A stretch of 38,027 nucleotides of DNA, from NCBI GenBank assembly GCA_036386975.1, contig DASVUQ010000315.1:1-38027 (forward strand), read 5' to 3'. Positions within the stretch are counted from its first letter, which is position 1. Each line of letters opens with the position of its first letter. Both the position numbers and the translations under genes were made by a program. The notes beneath the pieces were generated by a model. That model worked only from the letters and a program-made list of their open reading frames with translations. It did no database searches and was not told where the DNA came from. This DNA comes from Flavobacterium sp. Its GTDB lineage: Bacteria; Bacteroidota; Bacteroidia; Flavobacteriales; Flavobacteriaceae. Shown piece by piece: positions 1 through 8,905 of this stretch.

Positions 1-26
1 TGTGGGTTGTTTTTAAAATTAAATAT

Positions 27-206
27 ATGATCACACTAATCAACGGAATGATATTTATCGACAATGTAATAGCTACTAACCCGGAATATATCGGGCTTGC
101 ATTGCAGGATTTCGCAGAAACATTAGAGAATGATGGTAAAACAATTATTCTAAAAGATGCTGATGTTTTCGTTGAAAATGTTGGCAAATGTATTTATGAT
201 AAATAG
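27..206 (+). CDS. Small hypothetical phage protein (59 aa, MITLINGMIFIDNVIATNPEYIGLALQDFAE...)
   Basis: ATG at 27 after an A-rich leader; its TAG overlaps the GTG start of the terminase; below the ORF-track size cutoff. Confidence 0.6.
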   Translation: MITLINGMIFIDNVIATNPEYIGLALQDFAETLENDGKTIILKDADVFVENVGKCIYDK

Positions 207-1675
207 TGCTTACAGATGCTGAAATATTAGAACTGGAAACTCTTTTGAAAGAAAGAGATATTGATATTTCATGCAAACGATTAAAGCAGGTTGATAAGGA
301 TACTAATCCAAATTATGCACTTCTTTTTGATGCAATTACTAGTCAAAGGTATGAGTTTGTTGATGGTGAAATGCAATTGGTGTCTGGCTATCGTGGAGCT
401 GGGCTTGAAGGATCTACTCGTTCTGGTAAAACCTGGAGCGGTGTTGATATAATCATTTGGCTTTGTCTTTATTATGAGATAAATGGTTGTACTATTAACA
501 TTTATCGCGAAACATACAATGAATTCAAAACTACTCTATATGATGATTTTAAGCGTAGGTTAGACGATTATGGTTTGCCAAATAAATTTCATAATGCTGA
601 AGAAATTAAAAGTTTTAAAATTGGCAAATCTAAAATTTACTTTATTGGGGATGGAAAGCATGGTGGAGGTTGTGATTATGCTTTCTTCAATGAAATAATG
701 TTCATCAAGAAAAGCGTTTTTGATCAGGTTAAAATTCGTTGTAGAAAATTCTGGTGGGCCGATTATAACCCATCATTTACCGATCATTGGTTTTTTGATA
801 ATGTTTTAACTCGTCCAGACGTTGCATTTTTAAGAACAACATTTCATGATAATAAATATATTTCTCCACAAGAGAGGCATGAGATAGTAATTACTGAACC
901 ATGGAAGCCTGGATCATATATTGTAAAAGATAATATTATTCAATGCTATAATAGAGAAACTGGAAAAGTAGAACCAATTAGCAAAACAAATCAACCACTG
1001 CCGCATCCTACTAATATAAGTAATGGAACAGCAGATGAAGATTATTGGAAAATTTATGGTCTGGGACTTCGTGGAGCAATGAAGGGATTAATATTTCCAA
1101 CAGTCACATGGATTGATAAATTCCCTGAAGACAAGGCTGAAATTTATCCTAATGACTTTGGATTCACAACAGATCCAAATACACTTGTTAAGTATGCTGA
1201 AGATGAATATAATATTTGGATAGAGCCTTTGTCTTATGAACCGATTGAAACTCCGGAAGCACTTGCAGGCTTATTAGAAAGCTTAGGAATTGATAAGGCA
1301 AAAGACATAATTCCTTGTGATTCGGCTGATAAATATACTGGAGAAAACAAGGGAACTGTCGAAATGGTTAAAGGCTTAAAAAAATTAGGTTATGTCTATG
1401 CTTATAAAATCAGCAAAACAAAATCAGTAATGTATTGGCTTAATTCAATGAAAAAAAAGAAAATACACATCGTTAAAAACCATCTATATAGCCAGGCTCT
1501 GAAAGAACAACAAAATTATAAAATGAAAGAGATTGCCGGAATTCAAATAAACCAGCCAATAGATAAATGGAATCACATCTGGGACTCTGCCAGGTATGGT
1601 CATATTGCTCATAATTCAAAAGCGCAAATGCACTCAACTGAAGAAACATTAGAAGAATTAGGAATTGATTATTAG
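206..1675 (+). CDS. terL: Terminase large subunit (PBSX/SPP1-like)
   Basis: Walker A-like GSTRSGKT, Walker B YAFFNE, DYNP motif, YWKIYGLG linker, nuclease motifs DFGF, CDSA, NHIWDSARY; directly upstream of portal. Confidence 0.93.
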   Translation: MLTDAEILELETLLKERDIDISCKRLKQVDKDTNPNYALLFDAITSQRYEFVDGEMQLVSGYRGAGLEGSTRSGKTWSGVDIIIWLCLYYEINGCTINIYRETYNEFKTTLYDDFKRRLDDYGLPNKFHNAEEIKSFKIGKSKIYFIGDGKHGGGCDYAFFNEIMFIKKSVFDQVKIRCRKFWWADYNPSFTDHWFFDNVLTRPDVAFLRTTFHDNKYISPQERHEIVITEPWKPGSYIVKDNIIQCYNRETGKVEPISKTNQPLPHPTNISNGTADEDYWKIYGLGLRGAMKGLIFPTVTWIDKFPEDKAEIYPNDFGFTTDPNTLVKYAEDEYNIWIEPLSYEPIETPEALAGLLESLGIDKAKDIIPCDSADKYTGENKGTVEMVKGLKKLGYVYAYKISKTKSVMYWLNSMKKKKIHIVKNHLYSQALKEQQNYKMKEIAGIQINQPIDKWNHIWDSARYGHIAHNSKAQMHSTEETLEELGIDY

Positions 1676-1680
1676 AAATT

Positions 1681-3099
1681 ATGGAAGAATTAGAAAATTT
1701 ATTATCGGGGCCACTAGATAAAGCCATCAAAGTTTTGACATCCCAAAAAAAGGATAGTGAACTCATAGCAAAATACATAAAGGAATATAAAAATCTCGAC
1801 CGTACGATCAGGCAGTCACAGGTAGGAATCATCCAAAAGGACAAACAGGTTGGTAAAGGTGAAAAGTCTAAAACCGTAAAGGTAATTAGGTCCATTGTAC
1901 CCTATCAAGAAAAAATTGTTACTACAGCTACAGCTTTTGAAGTAGGAGCTCCAGTGACTTTGATTCCTGATAAAGTAAATGATTTATCAGTAGAAATAAT
2001 GCGCTTATGGGAAGAAAACCGAATGGATGATAAAATTCAAAAAGCTAAAGTTATTCAAAAAAGCCAAACTGAATGTGCCTTTCAATTCTACATGAAAAAG
2101 ACTATAGATGTGGAAAATAAAGAAGTTCTCGATATAAAGGCAAAAATACTTTCGAACGAAGAAGGAACAATGGCGCCTTACTTTGATGCTTTAGGTGACA
2201 TGATTGCTTTTACATGGTCTTTCAGCTATAAAAATTCAGAAGATAAAACAATTAAGAGTACTTGGATTTGGACTGATAAGATATGCTATAAATGCTCTGA
2301 CCAATCAGGATCATTTGTTATAGATGAAGCGATTCCACACGGTTTTGATAAAATCCCTATAGTTTATATCAGCCAGGACTTTCCAGAATGGCACAGTGTG
2401 GAAAGTTTGATTGACCGGTATGAGACCGGCCTTTCCAAATTGGGTGCAAGCAATGACTATTCCGGCTATCCATTATTGAAATTGTATGGTAAAGTAGAGT
2501 CTATGCCTGACAGGAACGATGATGGCAAAACATTAAAGTTTCCTATGAAAGAATTGGACAATGAAACCGGTAAAACTATTCATGGGGATGCGGATTTTTT
2601 GACTAATAACAATGCTCCCGAGAGTGTAAAACTGGAAATGGATACCATAGATAATTTAATATACTCTTTGACATCCACACCTAATCTTTCATTTGATAAT
2701 TTGAAAGGCAATATAGGAAATCTATCTGGAGTCGCAATAAAGCTTTTATTTATAGATAGTATTATAAAGGCCAGAATGAATGAAGGAGATAACCGCACTA
2801 TGCTGCAACGTATCATTAAGATATTCATATCCGGAGTTACAACGACAACAAATACAAAATTAGCATCAAGTAAAAAAGATACGATTGTAAGGATACAATT
2901 CAATTCTATCTTACCTGATGATTTAAAAGAAGCAGTTGATATTGCTTCCCTAGCCAAAAATGCAGGGCTAATGAGTACAAGGACTGGCGTCAAGTATTTG
3001 GATATGACTGAAAATACAGAAGAGGAAATCGCCCTGATAAATGCAGATAAACCAATTGGTATTGTTAAACCAGATACTCAGGAATTAAAAAATAACTGA
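1681..3099 (+). CDS. Phage portal protein, SPP1 gp6-like
   Basis: 472 aa; HGFDKIPIVY, LIDRYE, TPNLSFDNL-GNLSGVAIKLLF motifs typical of SPP1-type portals; position after terminase. Confidence 0.92.
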   Translation: MEELENLLSGPLDKAIKVLTSQKKDSELIAKYIKEYKNLDRTIRQSQVGIIQKDKQVGKGEKSKTVKVIRSIVPYQEKIVTTATAFEVGAPVTLIPDKVNDLSVEIMRLWEENRMDDKIQKAKVIQKSQTECAFQFYMKKTIDVENKEVLDIKAKILSNEEGTMAPYFDALGDMIAFTWSFSYKNSEDKTIKSTWIWTDKICYKCSDQSGSFVIDEAIPHGFDKIPIVYISQDFPEWHSVESLIDRYETGLSKLGASNDYSGYPLLKLYGKVESMPDRNDDGKTLKFPMKELDNETGKTIHGDADFLTNNNAPESVKLEMDTIDNLIYSLTSTPNLSFDNLKGNIGNLSGVAIKLLFIDSIIKARMNEGDNRTMLQRIIKIFISGVTTTTNTKLASSKKDTIVRIQFNSILPDDLKEAVDIASLAKNAGLMSTRTGVKYLDMTENTEEEIALINADKPIGIVKPDTQELKNN

Positions 3100-3125
3100 A
3101 ATTAATTATCATTTAAATACCATTT

Positions 3126-3153
3126 AAACCACTTTTAAACGAGTGGTTTTTTT
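3126..3153 (+). terminator. Rho-independent terminator after portal
   Basis: aaaccactt-ttaaac-gagtggttt stem-loop followed by a T run. Confidence 0.75.
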
Positions 3154-3167
3154 ATACACAAAATATT

Positions 3168-3208
3168 ATTTAGAATGATTATAAATAACATAATATGTTA
3201 TACATTTG
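3168..3208 (+). promoter_or_regulatory. Head-operon promoter: Fur-box-like palindrome (3168-3186), 17-bp operator ATAACATAATATGTTAT (3185-3201) and Bacteroidota -7 element TACATTTG (3201-3208)
   Basis: Motifs read directly; same architecture repeated at 21364-21404; TAnnTTTG is the Bacteroidota housekeeping -7 element. Confidence 0.75.
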
Positions 3209-3238
3209 TCTTTATAATCAACAATTTAATTTTTTATC

Positions 3239-3892
3239 ATGGCAGTTAAACCAGAAATCATTAAGGCACGACTTAAGGTATTATTCCCTAAGGCGAACTT
3301 ATCTACCAAAAGGATAGACGCAATAGCGGCTAAACTTGCTCCGATGCCAGCTGACGATGCAGACGATGCAGCGGTGGACGTTGTTTTAAATTTAGCAAAT
3401 GACTTTAATTCTTTTGAAGATATCGCCCGAGAGGACGATAGGATCAGGACTTTAGAGGCAAAAGCAAGTACAGCCCCAACGCCGGCAAGCGATGCAGAAC
3501 CAGCACCAGTTAATACACCTGTTCCAGATGATACTCCAGCATGGGCTAAAGCTATTATTGATGCAAATCAAAAGTTAGTGGCCGATATGGAAGCGATCAA
3601 AACAGGTAAAATACTTGAAACTAAAAAACAAACTGCACAGTCTGTTTTTGAATCTTCGGAAGTTTTAAAGGCATTGAAGCCAGAAATTAAAGCAAACTGG
3701 CTTAACCGGATTGATGTTCATTCTGAAACTCCTATTGAGGATCAGGTAAAAAACCTTGAGACAGAATTCACTGATATACGTCAGGAAATTGCAAACACTA
3801 CTAAATATTCTAGTGTTGTACCAAGTTTCACAAGCAAAGATGGCAAGCCAGATGAAAAAGATGTGGCAAACATTGTTGATGGTTTAATCTAA
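3239..3892 (+). CDS. Capsid scaffolding protein
   Basis: 217 aa, acidic/coiled-coil with Pro/Ala linker and PAWAK motif; located between portal and capsid genes. Confidence 0.7.
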   Translation: MAVKPEIIKARLKVLFPKANLSTKRIDAIAAKLAPMPADDADDAAVDVVLNLANDFNSFEDIAREDDRIRTLEAKASTAPTPASDAEPAPVNTPVPDDTPAWAKAIIDANQKLVADMEAIKTGKILETKKQTAQSVFESSEVLKALKPEIKANWLNRIDVHSETPIEDQVKNLETEFTDIRQEIANTTKYSSVVPSFTSKDGKPDEKDVANIVDGLI

Positions 3893-3906
3893 AATTTAAA
3901 GAAATT

Positions 3907-4308
3907 ATGGCAGGTACAACTGTAAAATTAGACAACACAGGAACCTCGGTAGATACAAGCAATGATTCTGTTGTGATTGTACAAAACCTTGAGACTATTC
4001 CAGGGGGCAGCGCTTTGGACGTAACTGGATTTACTCCAGAGGTCATTAATGCGGGCCACTTAATCATTGAACAAACCGTGTCAGGCGACTTAAAGCCGAT
4101 GCCTGTAACAGGCAATGATTATGCTGCATTACCAGCCGGACACACTTACAAAGGTGTTCTGGTTGCCAGCATTTTGAAAGCCAAGCCAAGCGCGGCAATA
4201 ATGGTTCGCGGAACTGTAAATGATGCAGCTTTTAAAAACGGCACCGGATTGACAACGCCAGCAGAGGCGAAAACAGCATTAGTATTAATCAGATTTACAA
4301 AAGACTAA
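3907..4308 (+). CDS. Head decoration protein (lambda gpD-like position)
   Basis: 133 aa, beta-rich, GVL...AAIMVRGTVN; immediately before the major capsid gene. Confidence 0.65.
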   Translation: MAGTTVKLDNTGTSVDTSNDSVVIVQNLETIPGGSALDVTGFTPEVINAGHLIIEQTVSGDLKPMPVTGNDYAALPAGHTYKGVLVASILKAKPSAAIMVRGTVNDAAFKNGTGLTTPAEAKTALVLIRFTKD

Positions 4309-4314
4309 TAAATC

Positions 4315-5589
4315 ATGGAAAGATCATTATTTGTCAAGTTTGCCGCCTACTTTACGGCAATTGCAAAAGACCTTGTAGAAAGAGTTAATGGCAAAAAAAC
4401 GCCTTTAACTTATTTACATAAGGAAATGTTAACATCAGAACTATCGACAGATCTGAAGTGGCAGACATTAAACGTTGATGGTTCAATTGTTTCAGCAGAT
4501 GTTGTTTCTATGGATTCCGCATTGCCATTGAAAAAAAGAGATTCATTTGGAACGGCTTCCGGAGATATTCCAAAGATGGGAATGAAATTTTCATTGAATG
4601 AAAAGACAATGTCCGATATTGACGTCTTACAGGCAAGGAATGTAGAAACTAAAACCCTGGTAGGGAAAATCTTTGCCGATACGGTCAAAGCAACTATGGG
4701 TATTTACGAAAAGCTTGAGTTTATGTTCCTACAGGCTTTATCAACAGGTGTTACCTTAATTGATGACGACACGAATGTTGGAACAGGGATTAGGGTTGAT
4801 TTCCAGTACAAGGCCGACAACTCATTTGGGGCAGCTTTGCCTTGGTCGAACCCTGCATCAAAACCAATAGACGATATCAGGAGGATCGTGAAGATAGCAA
4901 AGGCAAAAGGAGATTCTCCTGCATTTCTTTTAATGGATGAAGCTACTTTCGATAATCTTGCATCTAACCAGCAGACAAGAGAACAGTATGCTTTTAGTCA
5001 AAATTTCGCAGGGAATACTATTCCGGTGCCAGATTTGGACCAGGTAAATGCCATGATGCAAAAAAGGTACAAACTGACTATTCAGATAATAGACAGGACC
5101 GTTGTTACTGAGAGAGACGGAAAAAGAACAACCCACACGCCCTGGGGTGCAAACAAAGTTGTTTTCTTGCAAAACTTGAAAGTTGGAAAATTGGTTTATG
5201 GCATTCTTGCAGAAGAAACCCGCCCGAATAAAGCAGTGATGTATGAGAAAGTGGATGATTTTATTTTACTTAAAAAGTGGCACTCACCGGAACCTTTTGC
5301 AGAATTCACTTCTTCCCAGGCTTTAGTGCTGCCGGTTATCAATAATGTAGATTCCATTTACATACTTAATTCTGAAGAAGCTGCAACGGATAATCAAAAT
5401 GAGGGAGATGCAAACTTTGCTTATAAAGGAGTGAATTATACGAAAGCATCAGTTATTGCAGCTATAAACGTGGCGGCCGGAAAAACAATTGCGAGAGTTA
5501 ATAACACTGATGCTACATTATTGAAATTCGTAAATGAATTGTCTGATGAAGATGTTCTGGTGTTTGAAGGTAACATTGTTGTAGCATAA
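4315..5589 (+). CDS. Major capsid protein (HK97 fold, lambda gpE-like family) with C-terminal extension
   Basis: 424 aa; ADVVSMDS, GDIPK, EFMFLQALSTG, W...SKPIDDI, ALVLPV motifs of the major capsid E family. Confidence 0.88.
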   Translation: MERSLFVKFAAYFTAIAKDLVERVNGKKTPLTYLHKEMLTSELSTDLKWQTLNVDGSIVSADVVSMDSALPLKKRDSFGTASGDIPKMGMKFSLNEKTMSDIDVLQARNVETKTLVGKIFADTVKATMGIYEKLEFMFLQALSTGVTLIDDDTNVGTGIRVDFQYKADNSFGAALPWSNPASKPIDDIRRIVKIAKAKGDSPAFLLMDEATFDNLASNQQTREQYAFSQNFAGNTIPVPDLDQVNAMMQKRYKLTIQIIDRTVVTERDGKRTTHTPWGANKVVFLQNLKVGKLVYGILAEETRPNKAVMYEKVDDFILLKKWHSPEPFAEFTSSQALVLPVINNVDSIYILNSEEAATDNQNEGDANFAYKGVNYTKASVIAAINVAAGKTIARVNNTDATLLKFVNELSDEDVLVFEGNIVVA

Positions 5590-5591
5590 TT

Positions 5592-6173
5592 ATGTATACT
5601 CAGGAAAGCATATCTTTTCTTTTAAACAGAATCGGCTGGGGAAGGCCGTTGCAATCCGGGCTTGTTCCTGCTATCAGTTCAGAAAACCTTTTAGCAAATT
5701 CAGGACGGACCGTAAGTTCATTCCACCAGCTGGCATCTGTCGAGAACCTGTATAATAATATTTCAGAAGTAAATGCCAATGAAGTATTATTCAATGAGTT
5801 TTTGGCCGATATGAAAAGGCAATCTGTAGTAGAGGTTTTAACTTCCATTTTAGATCAGCATTTTCTTTATCAGGAAGAGATAGACTATTCAGAAACTATT
5901 ATACAAAAGGCTAGACTTTTTGACGATGCGATTGGTTATTCGATAGCCATAAAATGTTTAGAATTGTTTATTTCATCTACCCGGAGCAACGCCTCTGAAA
6001 GGAGCAATGCTTTCAGCTTTCAAACATTGAAAGTGGAGCTTGAAGGAGCACGTAATGATAATGGCCATTTTATAGCCAAAGGTATTATCTACAAAAAAGA
6101 AAGAGCCATTTTAAAAGCTCAAAGAATAATTTTCCCCGACCCTATTGTGGTTATCGGCGATAGCATTTGGTAA
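5592..6173 (+). CDS. Putative head-tail adaptor protein
   Basis: Position directly after capsid; helical 193 aa; function inferred from synteny. Confidence 0.5.
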   Translation: MYTQESISFLLNRIGWGRPLQSGLVPAISSENLLANSGRTVSSFHQLASVENLYNNISEVNANEVLFNEFLADMKRQSVVEVLTSILDQHFLYQEEIDYSETIIQKARLFDDAIGYSIAIKCLELFISSTRSNASERSNAFSFQTLKVELEGARNDNGHFIAKGIIYKKERAILKAQRIIFPDPIVVIGDSIW

Positions 6174-6176
6174 ATT

Positions 6177-6695
6177 ATGAACTATACAATTTTAAATCCT
6201 AAAGGCATTGACTTTCCCATTCAAAATATTCAAAACTTTTTGTTTGATAGGTTGAATTGGGGCGATATTGATGTTTATGGTCGAGTACATAAAAACCCAT
6301 CTGAACAAAAAGGATTAATGCTTGAAGCATACATTGGCAATAATGAGTATAAGGATGTTTTTACGGACGATACTAAAAATGCCAATATCTTTTTTGTAGA
6401 AGACGATGTCCATACTACCAAAGAAGGGATATTGTTTTCAAATAAGCTCAAAATAGTGTTTATGGTAAACTTAAAAAAAGCTTACCCCAACATTATGCAC
6501 AGGGCAGATATGGAAGCCGAAATGAAAGCAATAGAATTAATTAGAAAAAAACCCGGCTTTTCATTTGAAAAATTGGAGAAAGGTATCAAACAATGTTTAG
6601 GGGAATATTATACAGAAGGTATAAAATTGAATGATATGCACCCCTATCATACCTTTTCCATTACAGGGGAAATCACATATCAAATTAGTTGTTAA
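6177..6695 (+). CDS. Putative tail completion/terminator protein
   Basis: 172 aa alpha/beta protein just upstream of the tail tube gene; synteny. Confidence 0.45.
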   Translation: MNYTILNPKGIDFPIQNIQNFLFDRLNWGDIDVYGRVHKNPSEQKGLMLEAYIGNNEYKDVFTDDTKNANIFFVEDDVHTTKEGILFSNKLKIVFMVNLKKAYPNIMHRADMEAEMKAIELIRKKPGFSFEKLEKGIKQCLGEYYTEGIKLNDMHPYHTFSITGEITYQISC

Positions 6696-6712
6696 TTATA
6701 AAATAAAAAATC

Positions 6713-7594
6713 ATGGGAATCCATTTAGAAATCTGCAATAGCGGAAAATCAAAACCAAGAAATACTGGAGAAAACGAACAGTGTTTTGAAGGCATATTAG
6801 AAAAAATATTTGTGGCCAAAAAGAATTTTAGGTTTGCCAATTTACAAGCAATGAAAGATGTATCTGTTTGGAAAACTGCCATTCAAAACAAAGATATTGT
6901 TCCGCTGTACAATGCGTATGAAGTTGCGCCTGCAAATATTGAAGCGAAAAAATTTGAGAGTGGGAATTTCTCTTATGAAACGGCTAAAGCAATCAAAAAA
7001 ACAACCTTCGAATGTTTTCTGGGTTTCTGCTCTCATAGAGCATTAAAAACATATGCCAATTCAGAATATACACAAGTTTTTGAACTAACAGATACAGGTG
7101 TTATTCTGGGTGTAAATACTTCAGATGGTAGTATAAAGGGGCAAGATGTAAGCATTGCTGTAGATATCAGGACCATTCAGGTAAGCGGAAAGGTCCCTTT
7201 TACAAAAGTAACACTTACGTACCGCGATTATGAAGAATTAGAAGATGGTGCGGTTGGCATCAAACCGACATGGGACACGGAAACGCAACTGCAAGGAATA
7301 TTTGATTTGAATTTAGAGCAAGTTTCTGCAACTGCAACAACAATCAGGTTCAAAGCATTAGCTGGTTGTTCAGGAGGTGGTGCTTTAGTGACTTCTTTGG
7401 TTGCTGCAAATATTGTAGTTAAAAATGCTGTAGGCCAGGTTCAGACTGTTTCTTTTGTAGCGGCAGATCCTGATGGTATTTATACAGTTACAGGAACTGG
7501 CTTTGCTGCCGGCTTCACTATTTCTTTAAACGGAGTTGTGGCGCAAACTACAATCATGTATGAATCTCCGGAACCTTTAACAATTACCATCTAA
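6713..7594 (+). CDS. Major tail tube protein with C-terminal Ig-like extension
   Basis: 293 aa; C...NTG...C N-terminus as seen in Bacteroidota phage tail tubes; Thr/Val/Gly-rich beta C-terminal domain; synteny. Confidence 0.65.
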   Translation: MGIHLEICNSGKSKPRNTGENEQCFEGILEKIFVAKKNFRFANLQAMKDVSVWKTAIQNKDIVPLYNAYEVAPANIEAKKFESGNFSYETAKAIKKTTFECFLGFCSHRALKTYANSEYTQVFELTDTGVILGVNTSDGSIKGQDVSIAVDIRTIQVSGKVPFTKVTLTYRDYEELEDGAVGIKPTWDTETQLQGIFDLNLEQVSATATTIRFKALAGCSGGGALVTSLVAANIVVKNAVGQVQTVSFVAADPDGIYTVTGTGFAAGFTISLNGVVAQTTIMYESPEPLTITI

Positions 7595-7821
7595 TGAATC
7601 GTAATACATGGAAAGGGATAACTTTTGCAGAGGGCTATAACAAGTCCTTTGCAGAATTTAAAGTCGAATTTGAGCAAATGCAGGACTTTAAAGATATCCC
7701 AAGCGCTGAACTGGATGAAGTGCTTAAAGAAGCTCACCGAATTGCAATTAAAGGGAATGGCGACACTAAACGATCAGTTACAGAAAGCAAAGAAACTAAA
7801 GGCCAGCAGCCTGAAAAATGA
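7594..7821 (+). CDS. Small hypothetical phage protein (75 aa)
   Basis: TAATG coupling to the tail tube gene; normal amino-acid composition. Confidence 0.65.
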   Translation: MNRNTWKGITFAEGYNKSFAEFKVEFEQMQDFKDIPSAELDEVLKEAHRIAIKGNGDTKRSVTESKETKGQQPEK

Positions 7822-8206
7822 TCTTTTCAAGTTTATAAGGAGTATCCAGAAGGAATTGCTGGATAAAAATAAAGATCAGATACTAAACCAAAGCAAAGAT
7901 ATATTTGGAAATCCCATTGGTTTTTATTCTTATGCTACTGAAGTAATATCAAGAGGGAATAAGAAAAAAGGAGAACCATTTATGGGATATGAAACCGGAG
8001 ATTTTTTCAAAGGATTTTATATGCAAGAAGTGGCTGGTGTTTTAAGTTTTGGTTCAACGGACCCGAAAACATCTATAATATTGAGTAGTGAAAACTGGTT
8101 ATCTGACGAGCTTTTTGGATTGAGTGACGAAAATTTGAAGGAGGTAATCGAAAAGAGGTTATTGCCATTCTTCATTGACAATTGCAGGGATATATTAGAA
8201 ATTTAA
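7757..8206 (+). CDS. Putative neck/virion morphogenesis protein (HK97 gp10-like), 149 aa
   Basis: Likely start ATG 7757 (MATLNDQLQK); YETGDF motif resembling the LxDTG motif of this family. Confidence 0.55.
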   Translation: MATLNDQLQKAKKLKASSLKNDLFKFIRSIQKELLDKNKDQILNQSKDIFGNPIGFYSYATEVISRGNKKKGEPFMGYETGDFFKGFYMQEVAGVLSFGSTDPKTSIILSSENWLSDELFGLSDENLKEVIEKRLLPFFIDNCRDILEI

Positions 8207-8212
8207 AAATTA

Positions 8213-8307
8213 GATGTATGCCACAACATACATTCAACATTTCTTAGTGTTATCACTAATCAAGGACCTTCTTACAATGTGTTGTGGCTTGTAAGGAGGT
8301 TTCTTTT
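8213..8307 (+). other. Structured RNA element / attenuator-like terminator inside the tail operon
   Basis: Three hairpins; the last (8266-8300) is a 12-bp stem followed by TTCTTTT, and its loop is complementary to 8220-8230. Confidence 0.6.
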
Positions 8308-8321
8308 ATAAAGTTTATACC

Positions 8322-8903
8322 ATGACGTACAAAACCCTTGACACCATCCCCTATAAATTATTTGTAAAGATTTCAGAGACAGGAGATATTTCTTTATTAA
8401 GTGATACAGAGGCGAATATTGAAGTGCTTGCAGGGATTTGGGAACAATTATATGAGGAACATTTATCAAAAAACCAGACTACTGAATCTAAAAAGATATT
8501 AAAACTATCCAAAGAAATCGACAGTTTGCTTACCCTAAATAAAGTGGTTTTGATGGCTTGTGAATGTTTAAAGTTTGATTTTGATCAGGAACTGTTTAGC
8601 ATCATTGTGGGGCTTGGATACCAGCTTTCTGTTTCAGATAATAAATCATATTATGAAGACATCAAATTGATTGAGCGGGAAGCAAATGCATATATAGTCC
8701 AGGCAGAAAATTATAAGAGTATGCTACCTGAAAAGAAGGGTAATGAAAATCAGGATTATAATGTTGATGATGTAATGGCCAGTTATTCGGCTATACTGGG
8801 ATTTAATATTGGCGATTTTAACCTGGTTACCTATAACGCATTTTACGGATATGAAAAGCAGGTAAACGCAAAAATTAAAGCACTTAAAATAAATCAAAAA
8901 TAA
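8322..8903 (+). CDS. Putative tail assembly chaperone
   Basis: 193 aa helical protein immediately upstream of the tape measure gene; synteny. Confidence 0.5.
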   Translation: MTYKTLDTIPYKLFVKISETGDISLLSDTEANIEVLAGIWEQLYEEHLSKNQTTESKKILKLSKEIDSLLTLNKVVLMACECLKFDFDQELFSIIVGLGYQLSVSDNKSYYEDIKLIEREANAYIVQAENYKSMLPEKKGNENQDYNVDDVMASYSAILGFNIGDFNLVTYNAFYGYEKQVNAKIKALKINQK

Positions 8904-8905
8904 TC

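Noticed and set aside
3099-3239. Absence of an SPP1 gp7-like minor head gene or prohead protease between portal and scaffold
   Set aside because: No remnant is visible and such genes are dispensable in many scaffold-type siphoviruses; not evidence of a defect
7594-8206. Programmed frameshift joining the 75-aa ORF to the overlapping ORF 7625-8206 (lambda G/GT-like)
   Set aside because: The downstream ORF is in the +1 frame, no clear slippery heptamer was seen, and it has its own ATG at 7757
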